Part shown: piece by piece, positions 21,434-30,554 of the stretch | Layout: each line of letters begins with the position of its first letter | How positions within the stretch are numbered: position 1 is the stretch's first letter | From: Marinicella sp. | GTDB lineage: Bacteria; Pseudomonadota; Gammaproteobacteria; Xanthomonadales; Marinicellaceae | Length of the DNA: 64,000 nt | Reading direction: 5' to 3' | Assembly (NCBI GenBank): GCA_965230295.1 | Contig: OZ246001.1 | Span: 224,001 to 288,000, forward strand | The notes under the pieces: generated by a model | What the model was told of the DNA's origin: nothing | The model's database searches: none | The model's input: only the letters and a program-made list of their open reading frames with translations | Program-made: the position numbers and the translations under genes

Positions 21434-22540
21434 TTATTCCGCCACACTGAGAGAAAAAGATGAATCATGTTTAGCTGTGAACATGGCCAAGTCTGCAGCT
21501 CTTTTTAAATCTGAAAATTTATTCCCGTGGGTTTTATAGTAAGCCACACCGGCACTGGCATTGACTTTTAACTGCTGTCCTTTGAACATAAAAGGCTTTT
21601 GAATGGCCTTAAGCACATTTTGTACTTTTGCATTCACCTTTTGATCGTCTCTGATTTGTGGAATCAGAATCAAAAACTCATCGCCTCCCAAACGGCAGGC
21701 AAAGTCTCTGAAATCAATGGATTTACTGATGGCATTGGCTGTATGGATCAAACCAATGTCACCTGCATCATGCCCATAGTTGTCATTGATGTTCTTCAAG
21801 TGATCTAAATCCAGATACACCAGTGCCATGTTATGTTCTTCAACCGTTAAACTGTTACTGATGGATTCAAACTTTCCTATCATCAATTGAATCAAAGGTA
21901 AGCCAGTTAAATAGTCATGATCAACCAGGTGTTTGATGGCATTTTTCTGTTCATTGATTGCTATCAACAATTGGTGCATTCGACCCCGGTACTTGATGAT
22001 GGCAAATGAAACAAATAACAGCAAAATGGTGAAACTGGCAATATACAAAAACCAATGCTCTGTGCTGACAAACAATTGGCCTGCGTCAACACTTAGACTT
22101 AAAATTCCGGTTTGGAAAGCGTAACCTGAGATGGTCACAAACAACAAAACCATCAATGAGAAAACCACAACCACATTTTGTTTGAAAAACAACGCCAACA
22201 GCACACCAATCAATGGAAACAATAAGATGGCTGGCGCCATAAAACCAAACGACAAGACGCCGATGACCCCAACCAATAACTGAAACACGATAAACAGAAT
22301 GGCTTTGCGGTATGGGGAAATTTGATTCCTGAATAAACCCACAAAAACAATCAAAACAAATGAACCCATGTGAACGTATTCACGGAATCCCAATCCGACC
22401 AATTCACTCCTTTGTAAAGAAAACCAAAGTGCAAAGGAACTCAAAAACAACCACAACAAAATCATGATGTTGACTATTTGATCAATCAACCTGGTTTCTT
22501 CATCAATGATTCTTTGGGTTGTCACCTGGAAAAATATCAA
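21434..22540 (-). CDS. Membrane-anchored diguanylate cyclase (GGDEF)
   Basis: Multiple TM helices; HDYLTGL, DLDHLKNINDNYGH, RLGGDEF. Confidence 0.9.
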   Translation of the reverse strand: MIFFQVTTQRIIDEETRLIDQIVNIMILLWLFLSSFALWFSLQRSELVGLGFREYVHMGSFVLIVFVGLFRNQISPYRKAILFIVFQLLVGVIGVLSFGFMAPAILLFPLIGVLLALFFKQNVVVVFSLMVLLFVTISGYAFQTGILSLSVDAGQLFVSTEHWFLYIASFTILLLFVSFAIIKYRGRMHQLLIAINEQKNAIKHLVDHDYLTGLPLIQLMIGKFESISNSLTVEEHNMALVYLDLDHLKNINDNYGHDAGDIGLIHTANAISKSIDFRDFACRLGGDEFLILIPQIRDDQKVNAKVQNVLKAIQKPFMFKGQQLKVNASAGVAYYKTHGNKFSDLKRAADLAMFTAKHDSSFSLSVAE

Positions 22541-22649
22541 TCAGTAAAACCATTATCATAAGACTCACAGTGACAACAATTCAATTCTTTTTTGCACAAA
22601 AAAGCCACTGACGTACAGTGGCTTTCAATTTTTAATGAAACTTTAAGCT

Positions 22650-23624
22650 TCAGAACAAGTGTTCTACAGCTGCGCGTTCCTCACGTAATTCAGCCTCTGT
22701 GGCATCAATCCGACTTTGTGAAAATTCACTGACGGGCAAATCTTGAACGATGCTGTATTCACCATTCGCACAAGTCACCGGGTAAGAAAAAATGATGCCC
22801 GGTGCCACGCCATAGCTGCCATCACTGGGAATGGCCATTGAGACCCAATCATCTCCTTCGGTACCCAAAGACCAATTCCTCATGTGATCAATGGCCGATG
22901 AAGCGGCTGAAGCTGCACTTGATGCACCACGGGCTTTGATGATGGCTGCACCACGCTGCTGCACAGTCGGAATGAAATCTTCAACATACCAGTCCTGGTC
23001 AACATCACTGAGGGCAGCGCCGTTGATGGTGACTTGCGAAACATCTGGGTATTGGGTTGACGAATGATTGCCCCAAATGGTCATGCGATTGATTTCTCCG
23101 GTTTGAACATCATACTTACCAGCCAATTGAGCCAAGGCACGGTTGTGATCTAATCTTGTCATGGCAGTGAATTGTGCAGGATTGATGTCTGGTGCATTTT
23201 GTTGGGCAATCAATGCATTGGTGTTGGCCGGGTTTCCAACCACCAAAACTTTGATGTCTCTGGCTGCGTGGTCATTCATGGCTTTACCTTGAACTGAAAA
23301 AATCTTGGCGTTGGCTTGCAGCAAATCACTGCGTTCCATACCAGGTCCACGAGGCATGGCACCCACCAACAAAGCATAATTGGCATCTTTGAAAGCAACA
23401 TTGGCATCATCTGTTGCAACCACACCATGCAGCAATGGGAAAGCACAGTCCTCTAACTCCATGACCACACCTTGAACTGCATTCATGGCAGGTGGGATTT
23501 CAAGTAAATGCAAAATGACGGGTTGGTCTGGGCCCAGCATATTGCCAGCGGCAATTCTGAACAAAAGTTGATAGCCAATTTGACCGGCGGCGCCGGTAAC
23601 AACGACTCTGACTGGTTGTTTCAT
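22650..23624 (-). CDS. mdh: Malate dehydrogenase
   Basis: [34 protein letters not shown]. Confidence 0.96.
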   Translation of the reverse strand: MKQPVRVVVTGAAGQIGYQLLFRIAAGNMLGPDQPVILHLLEIPPAMNAVQGVVMELEDCAFPLLHGVVATDDANVAFKDANYALLVGAMPRGPGMERSDLLQANAKIFSVQGKAMNDHAARDIKVLVVGNPANTNALIAQQNAPDINPAQFTAMTRLDHNRALAQLAGKYDVQTGEINRMTIWGNHSSTQYPDVSQVTINGAALSDVDQDWYVEDFIPTVQQRGAAIIKARGASSAASAASSAIDHMRNWSLGTEGDDWVSMAIPSDGSYGVAPGIIFSYPVTCANGEYSIVQDLPVSEFSQSRIDATEAELREERAAVEHLF

Positions 23625-23799
23625 TGAAGTCTCCAATTAGTGGTTTTGATAAAGCCTCAAAATCAATTTGCTGTCGCATAAACGCTTGAGGATTAATAAC
23701 TGGCGCGATTATAGCAACACAGTCGTGTTTTTTAAATGTAATTCAGTCAAAAGGCCATGATGAAACCAGATTTTTATTCATGCATCATTTCACTGACAA

Positions 23800-24038
23800 A
23801 AAGGAATGTTCTTGGGGCTCCATTCTGGTTCATGGTCTGACAGGTCTTCATATTTGCTGCGCAAATAAACCGACCTTTACAGACTATTGTCTGAGCAGTT
23901 GCTTCGCACTGCATGTCTGTTTCAGACAAAAGTGAAAGCGTCCACTGCGAACATAACTTGCTACCTCGGGCTCTTCACCTCTGATTCGCAAAGCTCACCA
24001 ACCGGCTCTGCGGGTCAAGCTGCTCAGCAGCTTTCCTA
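23800..24038 (-). mobile_element. MITE-like element, short copy A (~240 bp)
   Basis: Reverse complement is colinear with 24787-25339, including ~115 identical nt; short terminal repeats AGGAAAG...CATTCCT; non-coding and hairpin-rich. Confidence 0.8.
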
Positions 24039-24350
24039 GGGTCAGCTGTCTACAATCCTGTTGTGTTTACAATAACCTTGGCACATTAATTTTAATAGAA
24101 CATTTTCTGCACCAACCAAGGTGAATGACTGATCTGCTTGCCAATCAGGGTGGCATGGTGAATGCAACCAAACCAGGTTGATATGCATAAGGAAACTAGC
24201 ATGGGCTCAGAACATACTTGAAAGAAGTCTCAATAACATGTCTTTTTGTTATGAACTTGTCAGGATATTGTCATGATTACCTGCCGTTCATTGCTACTTT
24301 GTTCTCGGTGTGCTCAAATTTTCAAGATTAAACCACTACCAGGTGACATC

Positions 24351-24704
24351 ATGGATAAAGCCAAAGTCCTTAATACCACCACATGGGCATTTTCTGTCCT
24401 TATTGCAGCGATGTTTTTGTTATCTGGCATCCCCAAGTTTTTTGATCCTGGCTGGGTCAGTAGATTTGCAAAATGGAGTTACTCAGTTGAGTTTTTATAC
24501 TTGATAGCTGTACTGGAGTGTTTAGGTGCAATTGGTATTTTGATCCCGAAACTCAGCTTTTATGCGGCCATTGGATTAATCATCATCATGATAGGTGCCA
24601 TGTATACACACCTGTCTCATGACCAAAGTATCATTGCCAATTTGATTTATATCGTACTGCTGCTTTTCATTGCCATGATGAGAAGGCAACAGCGTATTTT
24701 TTAA
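24351..24704 (+). CDS. DoxX-family small membrane protein
   Basis: MFLLSGIPKF, IAVLECLGAIGILIP, IGAMYTHL; AGGTGA RBS. Confidence 0.85.
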   Translation: MDKAKVLNTTTWAFSVLIAAMFLLSGIPKFFDPGWVSRFAKWSYSVEFLYLIAVLECLGAIGILIPKLSFYAAIGLIIIMIGAMYTHLSHDQSIIANLIYIVLLLFIAMMRRQQRIF

Positions 24705-24786
24705 ACTCCAAAATCAAAGTGATTTTGTTATTAAGACCAAACTTGATTGGTTCTGAAGTCAGCCAGTCATGAATCAATGCCTTCCG

Positions 24787-25339
24787 TAGGAAAGCTGCTG
24801 AGCAGCTTGACCCGCCGAGCCGGTTAGGCAGTGAGTGGAATAAAGGTGGTTTTGCGAAGCAAAGAAACCTTTATGCAATGAGCGATAAGCCGTGAGCTAT
24901 TGATGTTGCGGCCGCTATCGCTCCTTGCTATCGCGGCAGACCTACATCCATGTAGGCCAATCAGAGGCGAAGAGAATAGCCAATGAGCATATGGCGATTT
25001 GACGAAGTCAAGAAGCCTTATGTGAATGGCGTTATAGCACAGGCAATGAAAGTTGGGCGGTTTTATCGAAGATAAAGAAGCCCGATTTGAATGCCGCAGT
25101 GCGTGCGAGGTAGCAAGTCATGTTCGCCGGTTAGGAAATGATTCGTTACGATTTTGCCAATGGCAAAGAAGTAACGGATGAATGCCGTAAACCGTGGTCG
25201 TTTTCACTTTTGTCTGAAACAGACATGCAGTGCGAAGCAACTGCTCAGACAATAGTCTGTAAAGGTCGGTTTATTTGCGCAGCAAATATGAAGACCTGTC
25301 AGACCATGAACCAGAATGAAGCCCAAAGAACATTCCTTT
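24787..25339 (+). mobile_element. MITE-like element, expanded copy B with internal hairpin modules
   Basis: Same backbone as copy A with extra blocks at 24826-24891, 24899-24958, 24975-25105 and 25128-25193. Confidence 0.8.
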
Positions 25340-25598
25340 ATATCATTCAGCCAAATCAGACAGCAAAGTTAGGGTTAAATACCCAGGACGATCGTTGAAA
25401 AATCACAACTTTTAAGCTGAAATGTTAAAAAATCCTGGGTCCGACAAAAACGCTAACCACCAAACACAACTTTTGATGATGTCATTCTTATTCGTATTTT
25501 GACCTATGTTCAATCTATGACCTCAATACTGCTGTCGAACCCAGAAACCTTCACACACTTATACACACACATTTTGCTTTTTTGTAGATTTATTCACA

Positions 25599-25649
25599 TT
25601 GTCCTTTGTTCTTTTTTGAATTACAATACTCTGTAAGTATTTTTACAGA
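25599..25649 (+). promoter_or_regulatory. Putative sigma70 promoter with downstream operator-like inverted repeat
   Basis: TTGTCC-N17-TACAAT (25599-25627) followed by TCTGTAA-N6-TTACAGA (25630-25649). Confidence 0.5.
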
Positions 25650-25655
25650 CCACTA

Positions 25656-26414
25656 ATGAGGGATAACCCAACTGTCAACACCTTATCTGAATTGTTGTAC
25701 GGCATCAGCCGCATGGCCTTCACAGGCAACATCAAAGTTCAAGACATAGAGAATCAACTCAGATTCAGTTTGGTCCAAGCTGCTCATGAAGTTTACCCAA
25801 ACAAAAATGTTTCTGAACTTCGTGAACTGACAGGAATTCCCAGAGCAAAAATAAAAAAATACCTTGATGGTGAAGTTCCAAAATTCAAACAAGATAAATT
25901 GGCGACTTTACTGAATGAGCTGACCAAGCTCATGGATCAGGAAAACTTATTGCCAAGAAGGGGAAAAAACTCCTTCACCTCAGCTGCTTACGACATCATA
26001 AACAGTTCATTTTCTCCAGACATTGCTCTCAATTCATTGATTAAATTAGGTGCCGTAGAATTATCTGGTGACAACATCAGGGTACTTACCACACGGTTAA
26101 CCGTTTCTAATGACCTTTTACTGTCATTCAAAGAAATCAGTAAAACAACACTGCTATTGATTGAATCTGGCTTACACAATGTCAACGAAAGAACACCTGA
26201 TGCACGCTTGTTCCAGCGAACCATTGCATCGACACAAATTCCACATTCAAGTTTGAAAGAACTTCATAAAGAAATCATGAGTTTGCTTAAAGCCATGAAA
26301 ATTGAGCTCAAAACGATCATTGATTCATATGAAGCCGAAGTCGAACCTGATAGTTATGGAGTGTACGGAGTGTCTCTTTTTGAGTTCTCTGATTATTTAA
26401 ACAACATCAAATAA
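25656..26414 (+). CDS. DUF6502-like protein (N-terminal HTH-like SELRELTGIPRAKI)
   Basis: Colinear with the 35965-36720 paralog (TGIPR/TGIDR, STQIPHS/SSKIPHS, YEAEVEPDSY/HETNVPEGTY, GVSLFEF/GFSQFQF). Confidence 0.65.
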   Translation: MRDNPTVNTLSELLYGISRMAFTGNIKVQDIENQLRFSLVQAAHEVYPNKNVSELRELTGIPRAKIKKYLDGEVPKFKQDKLATLLNELTKLMDQENLLPRRGKNSFTSAAYDIINSSFSPDIALNSLIKLGAVELSGDNIRVLTTRLTVSNDLLLSFKEISKTTLLLIESGLHNVNERTPDARLFQRTIASTQIPHSSLKELHKEIMSLLKAMKIELKTIIDSYEAEVEPDSYGVYGVSLFEFSDYLNNIK

Positions 26415-26424
26415 AGGTAATATT

Positions 26425-26745
26425 ATGAATAAGTTAATGATCGTATTAGCGGCATTGTGCTGTCTCGTTTCTGTTTCTTTCGCTTCAACAGACACAGGTA
26501 CTGGTGGCAATAAATCTACTGACACGGGAACGGGTGGTAAACCAGGGTTTTATCCCATTGAATTTTGTCAGTCCATAGCCAGCTTGGCAATGAGCAGGTC
26601 TACTGACACAGGAACGGGTGGAGGTAAATCAACCGATACCGGAACCGGTGGCGGCAAATCAACCGATACTGGAACCGGTGGTGGTATTAATGCGCTGCTT
26701 TTTGAATACAATGCATGTCTCAGTAACGAATTTAATGTCAAATAA
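26425..26745 (+). CDS. Secreted small protein with five STDTGTGG repeats
   Basis: AAAGGT RBS; signal peptide ending SFA|S; repeats identical in amino acids but synonymously diverged; hairpins downstream. Confidence 0.8.
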   Translation: MNKLMIVLAALCCLVSVSFASTDTGTGGNKSTDTGTGGKPGFYPIEFCQSIASLAMSRSTDTGTGGGKSTDTGTGGGKSTDTGTGGGINALLFEYNACLSNEFNVK

Positions 26746-26762
26746 GCTGAAGAAAAGCACAT

Positions 26763-26835
26763 CCCGGTAGCTTGAAACTACCGGGTTGTTGCTGATCAAT
26801 CAGCAACATCTCAATAGCCCTTCGGGACTTTTTTT
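26763..26835 (+). terminator. Hairpins / terminator after the DUF6502-peptide operon
   Basis: CCCGGTAG-CTTGAAA-CTACCGGG, then AGCCC-TTC-GGGACT followed by a T-run. Confidence 0.55.
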
Positions 26836-26973
26836 GAACCACAATGACAGGTGTATTCTGTCATTGTTAAGTCGTTGTTATTTAAAAAAAAGATGCCAAT
26901 GTCGCTGTGCAACGTGCGGTTTTGAATCGATGTGTGAGTTTTTGGTAAGAACGAACATTCTGTCTTAATGTAC

Positions 26974-27007
26974 GTTATTGGTCGGAACTAAAGGGTTTGA
27001 ACCTCTC
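26974..27007 (-). other. Degenerate duplicate of the tRNA-Pro 3' end (att-like scar)
   Basis: GTTATTGGTCGGAACTAAAGGGTTTGAACCTC versus GTTATTGGTCGGAGCGAGAGGATTTGAACCTC starting at 27366. Confidence 0.7.
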
Positions 27008-27020
27008 GTTACACCTTTCT

Positions 27021-27049
27021 CCAGAATGAAGCCCCAAGAACATTCCTTT
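27021..27049 (+). mobile_element. Isolated terminal fragment of the A/B MITE family
   Basis: CCAGAATGAAGCCCCAAGAACATTCCTTT matches the end of copy B (25311-25339). Confidence 0.75.
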
Positions 27050-27204
27050 CATGTGGAAACAAATAGAAAATATTGGCAACAAGTCACAATTTTGTAGAAT
27101 AAATTGAGTTTTTTAGGAGTTTCAGTTGAGCCAAATTTTTTACTGACCTATGATGATGCCCAAGGGATAAGCAATCCCTTTGTTTAATTTATAGGAGAAT
27201 TACT

Positions 27205-27348
27205 GTGTCAAATTCAACGGAAAAAAATACCAACAACGCCAAAACCAAAAATGCTGATGAAAAGCACGACCAAGCAGCCAGTGAATCCAAAGATGACAAA
27301 TCTAATGGCAGCTCAACCGAAGGGAAGGATGGAAAAGATTACTTTTAA
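27205..27348 (+). CDS. Putative 47-aa hydrophilic small protein (below the ORF-track cutoff)
   Basis: AGGAGA RBS, GTG start; MSNSTEKNTNNAKTKNADEKHDQAASESKDDKSNGSSTEGKDGKDYF. Confidence 0.45.
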   Translation: MSNSTEKNTNNAKTKNADEKHDQAASESKDDKSNGSSTEGKDGKDYF

Positions 27349-27370
27349 TCAGAATTAAAAGCTAAGTTAT

Positions 27371-27447
27371 TGGTCGGAGCGAGAGGATTTGAACCTCCGA
27401 CCCCCACAACCCCATTGTGGTGCGCTACCAAGCTGCGCTACGCTCCG
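27371..27447 (-). tRNA. tRNA-Pro(GGG)
   Basis: CGGAGCGTAGCGCAGCTTGGTAGCGCACCACAAT-GGG-GTTGTGGGGGTCGGAGGTTCAAATCCTCTCGCTCCGACCA; usual position after ihfA-merR. Confidence 0.97.
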
Positions 27448-27530
27448 AAATAACCCGCGTATTCTATCACAAAGAAATGTAATAAGAAGTGCTAATACAG
27501 TGAATTTTAATGCGAGGATGAATTTAAATT

Positions 27531-27884
27531 TTACTTCAATAAATCGAGGATTTCTTCAAGCTCAACACGGGTTTGCTGAATCACTTGATAGGACTTACTG
27601 GCTTCTTTTTCCGAGACTTTTCCATTGAGTTTTTGCCTGGCACCAGAAATGGTGTAGCCATGATCATACAACAAACTGCGGATCTGCCTGATCATCATCA
27701 CATCATTGCGTTGATAATAACGGCGGTTGCCCCTTCTTTTAACCGGGTTTAAATTGTCAAACTCGTTCTCCCAATAGCGCAACACGTGTTGCTTTACATC
27801 ACACAATGTTGACACTTCACCGATGGTGAAATATCGTTTTGCGGGGATGGGAGGCAGGGACTTATTGTGGCCTTGATCCAGCAT
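27531..27884 (-). CDS. MerR-family transcriptional regulator
   Basis: [19 protein letters not shown]; conserved position after ihfA. Confidence 0.93.
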   Translation of the reverse strand: MLDQGHNKSLPPIPAKRYFTIGEVSTLCDVKQHVLRYWENEFDNLNPVKRRGNRRYYQRNDVMMIRQIRSLLYDHGYTISGARQKLNGKVSEKEASKSYQVIQQTRVELEEILDLLK

Positions 27885-28170
27885 ATGTTTCTATCGTATT
27901 CCTCAACTTTTGACCCGGCTTAAATGCCACCACCCTTCTGGCTGAGATCGGGATCTCTTCCAGGGTTTTAGGATTTCTGCCTGGCCTTGACTTTTTGTCA
28001 CGTAACTCAAAGTTACCAAATCCAGATAATTTCACCCCATGACCGTCTAGCAGTTGAGCTTTGATGGTTTCAAAGAACACACTTACAAACTCGCTGGCTT
28101 CACGCTTATTCAAGCCAACTTCCATATATAATATCTCTGCTAAGTCAGTTTTGGTGACTGTCTCTGTCAT
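27862..28170 (-). CDS. ihfA: Integration host factor subunit alpha
   Basis: [17 protein letters not shown]; follows pheT. Confidence 0.97.
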   Translation of the reverse strand: MTETVTKTDLAEILYMEVGLNKREASEFVSVFFETIKAQLLDGHGVKLSGFGNFELRDKKSRPGRNPKTLEEIPISARRVVAFKPGQKLRNTIETYAGSRPQ

Positions 28171-30542
28171 GATCTAATTTCTGCGTTAAATTGTTCTGCT
28201 AAAAAGGATACCGCTTTTGATACCAGTTTGTCTACTTCTTTATCCTCTAAAGTTCGATTTTTTTCCTGAAAAATCATAGCCATGGCGAGACTTTTGTATC
28301 CTTTTTCAATATTATCACCCTTATACACATCAAACAAACAAAGGTTGTTAAGCAGGTCGTGATCTACGCCCAGGCTTGATTTAACGCCTTTTTCAACATC
28401 TGACCAGGTGACATCATCCGAGATAACTACTGATAAATCACGACGAACATGTGGAAACCTGGAAACCACTTGCCATTGTGGCAGTCGAGCCGTCTGAATC
28501 AGTTGCATGTCAAATTCTGCCACATAAACTTCCTGTTTTATCTTCATTTTTTGACAAATTGAGGGATGAACTTGCCCCAAATGTCCCATTTTTTGACCAT
28601 TGATGCTGACTGATGCTTGTCGACCGGGGTGTAAATAATCAAGTTTTGAAGCTGTAAATTCAAGCGTGCCACCTACTCCAGACAACAGCGCTTCCACATC
28701 ACCTTTCACAGTGAAAAAGTCTACTTTCTGACCACTGACTCCCCATTGCTCAGGCGATTCCAATCCAGTTTTTGCCAGCATTAACACATCATTTTGCTGA
28801 ATTTCGCTGCCTTTACTGAATATTTTACCCAATTCAAACAAAGCAAGATCTTGGGCCTGTCTGGCCAAATTGGCTTTGATGTTAGATAAAACACCAGCCA
28901 ACAGGTGAGTTCGCATCACAGCCATTTCCTTGTTCAGTGGATTGGCTAAGGCAAACACATCTTGGTCTAAACCCAATTCTGTCAGTTGCTTTTCGCCCAC
29001 AAAAGAATAGTTAATCACTTCCTGGTAGGAAAGATCACTCAACTGCTGCTTGACCAGACGCAACTGTCTGATTTCTTCTGGGATCACACGTATCGCATCG
29101 GTTGACACCAATCGGTGTGAAGGCATTTGGTCATAGCCCACGACCCTGACCACTTCTTCGATCAGATCTTCTGCAATGGCCAAGTCAAATCGCCAAGATG
29201 GTGACTTAACTTGCCATATACCACCTGAAAAGCTGTTTTCCAAACCCAAGTCAGTAAAAATCTGGGTTACTTGCTCATCAGCAACCGTGAAACCCAATAC
29301 CTGTTTCAAATGTTCGCTGGTTAATGTGATGTTTTGTTGTTTGGGAATATCAGCTGTTTCACGAGCGACTTTGATGGGTGCCACTTGGCCACCACATATT
29401 TCAGTGATCAAAGCCGTTGCTCGTTGTAAAGCCACTTCTTGCAGATCCCAATCCACCCCACGTTCAAAACGCAAGCCAGATTCAGTGTGGACGCCTAATT
29501 TTCTGGATTTACCCATGATCGTTGCCGGATCAAAATAGGCAGATTCTAAAATAATGTCTTGCGTGACGGCGCTCACACCACTGTCTAAACCACCAATCAC
29601 ACCAGCAACTGCCAATGCTTTGCTTTCATCCGCAATCACTAAAAATTCTGGCGTTAATTTAACCTCGGATTCATCCAACAACTGTAATTCTTCGCCGTCA
29701 TTGGCCATACGCACCACAACAGAGCCATCGATTTTATGCAAATCGAAAGCATGCATGGGTTGCCCCAATTCCAGCATCACGTAATTGGTTACATCAACCA
29801 CCGGGTGTATAGATCTGATGCCACTGCGACGCAATTTTTCTTTCATCCACAAGGGTGTAACTTGGGTGTTATCAATGCCTTTGATGATGCGACTACCATA
29901 GATGGGACATTGTGCTGGTGCTTGCATGTCGATTCCAATGATGTCATCAATGGTTGGCTCAATGGCTTTGACTTCAGGGGCAACGACACTTAATTGATTC
30001 AATGTAGCCACTTCTCTGGCCACCCCGCGCATACAAAAGCAATCGGCTCGATTCGGAGTCAAATCAATGTCGATGATTTGATCTTCAAGACCTAAATACT
30101 GTCGCACATCAGTACCTACAGGTGCGTCGGCACCCAGTTCGATGATGCCATCTGATTCTTGACTGATACCCAGTTCAACTTCTGAACACAACATACCATG
30201 CGACTCAACACCGCGAAGCTTCGATTTCTTGATTTTAAAATTACCTGGTAAAACCGCACCAATTTTCGACAAAGCAGTCTTTAAGCCCACCCGAGCATTG
30301 GGTGCACCGCAGACAATTTGTAAGGTTTCATCACCTGCATTCACTTCACAGACCTGTAACTTATCGGCATCTGGGTGTTTACTGCATGCTGTGATTTCAG
30401 CCACCACCACACCAGTAAAGTCACCTGCTGCTGACTCAACACCATCCACTTCCAAACCCAACATGGTGAGTTGTGCCATGATTTCCTCAGTTGATCCTTG
30501 ATAATCAACCCACTCTTTCAACCATTGTTCACTGAATTTCAT
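28167..30542 (-). CDS. pheT: Phenylalanine-tRNA ligase beta subunit
   Basis: [28 protein letters not shown]. Confidence 0.98.
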   Translation of the reverse strand: MKFSEQWLKEWVDYQGSTEEIMAQLTMLGLEVDGVESAAGDFTGVVVAEITACSKHPDADKLQVCEVNAGDETLQIVCGAPNARVGLKTALSKIGAVLPGNFKIKKSKLRGVESHGMLCSEVELGISQESDGIIELGADAPVGTDVRQYLGLEDQIIDIDLTPNRADCFCMRGVAREVATLNQLSVVAPEVKAIEPTIDDIIGIDMQAPAQCPIYGSRIIKGIDNTQVTPLWMKEKLRRSGIRSIHPVVDVTNYVMLELGQPMHAFDLHKIDGSVVVRMANDGEELQLLDESEVKLTPEFLVIADESKALAVAGVIGGLDSGVSAVTQDIILESAYFDPATIMGKSRKLGVHTESGLRFERGVDWDLQEVALQRATALITEICGGQVAPIKVARETADIPKQQNITLTSEHLKQVLGFTVADEQVTQIFTDLGLENSFSGGIWQVKSPSWRFDLAIAEDLIEEVVRVVGYDQMPSHRLVSTDAIRVIPEEIRQLRLVKQQLSDLSYQEVINYSFVGEKQLTELGLDQDVFALANPLNKEMAVMRTHLLAGVLSNIKANLARQAQDLALFELGKIFSKGSEIQQNDVLMLAKTGLESPEQWGVSGQKVDFFTVKGDVEALLSGVGGTLEFTASKLDYLHPGRQASVSINGQKMGHLGQVHPSICQKMKIKQEVYVAEFDMQLIQTARLPQWQVVSRFPHVRRDLSVVISDDVTWSDVEKGVKSSLGVDHDLLNNLCLFDVYKGDNIEKGYKSLAMAMIFQEKNRTLEDKEVDKLVSKAVSFLAEQFNAEIRS

Positions 30543-30554
30543 ACGGGTATCTCC

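Noticed and set aside
24787-25339. CRISPR array or group II intron interpretation of the modular repeat
   Set aside because: No identical direct repeats separate the modules, and there are no cas or RT genes or recognisable domain V. The backbone is an inverted copy of 23800-24038.
25138-25398. 86-aa ORF in the track
   Set aside because: Lies mostly within MITE copy B and starts inside a hairpin insert; likely a chance frame
27389-27628. 79-aa ORF
   Set aside because: Overlaps tRNA-Pro antisense; spurious
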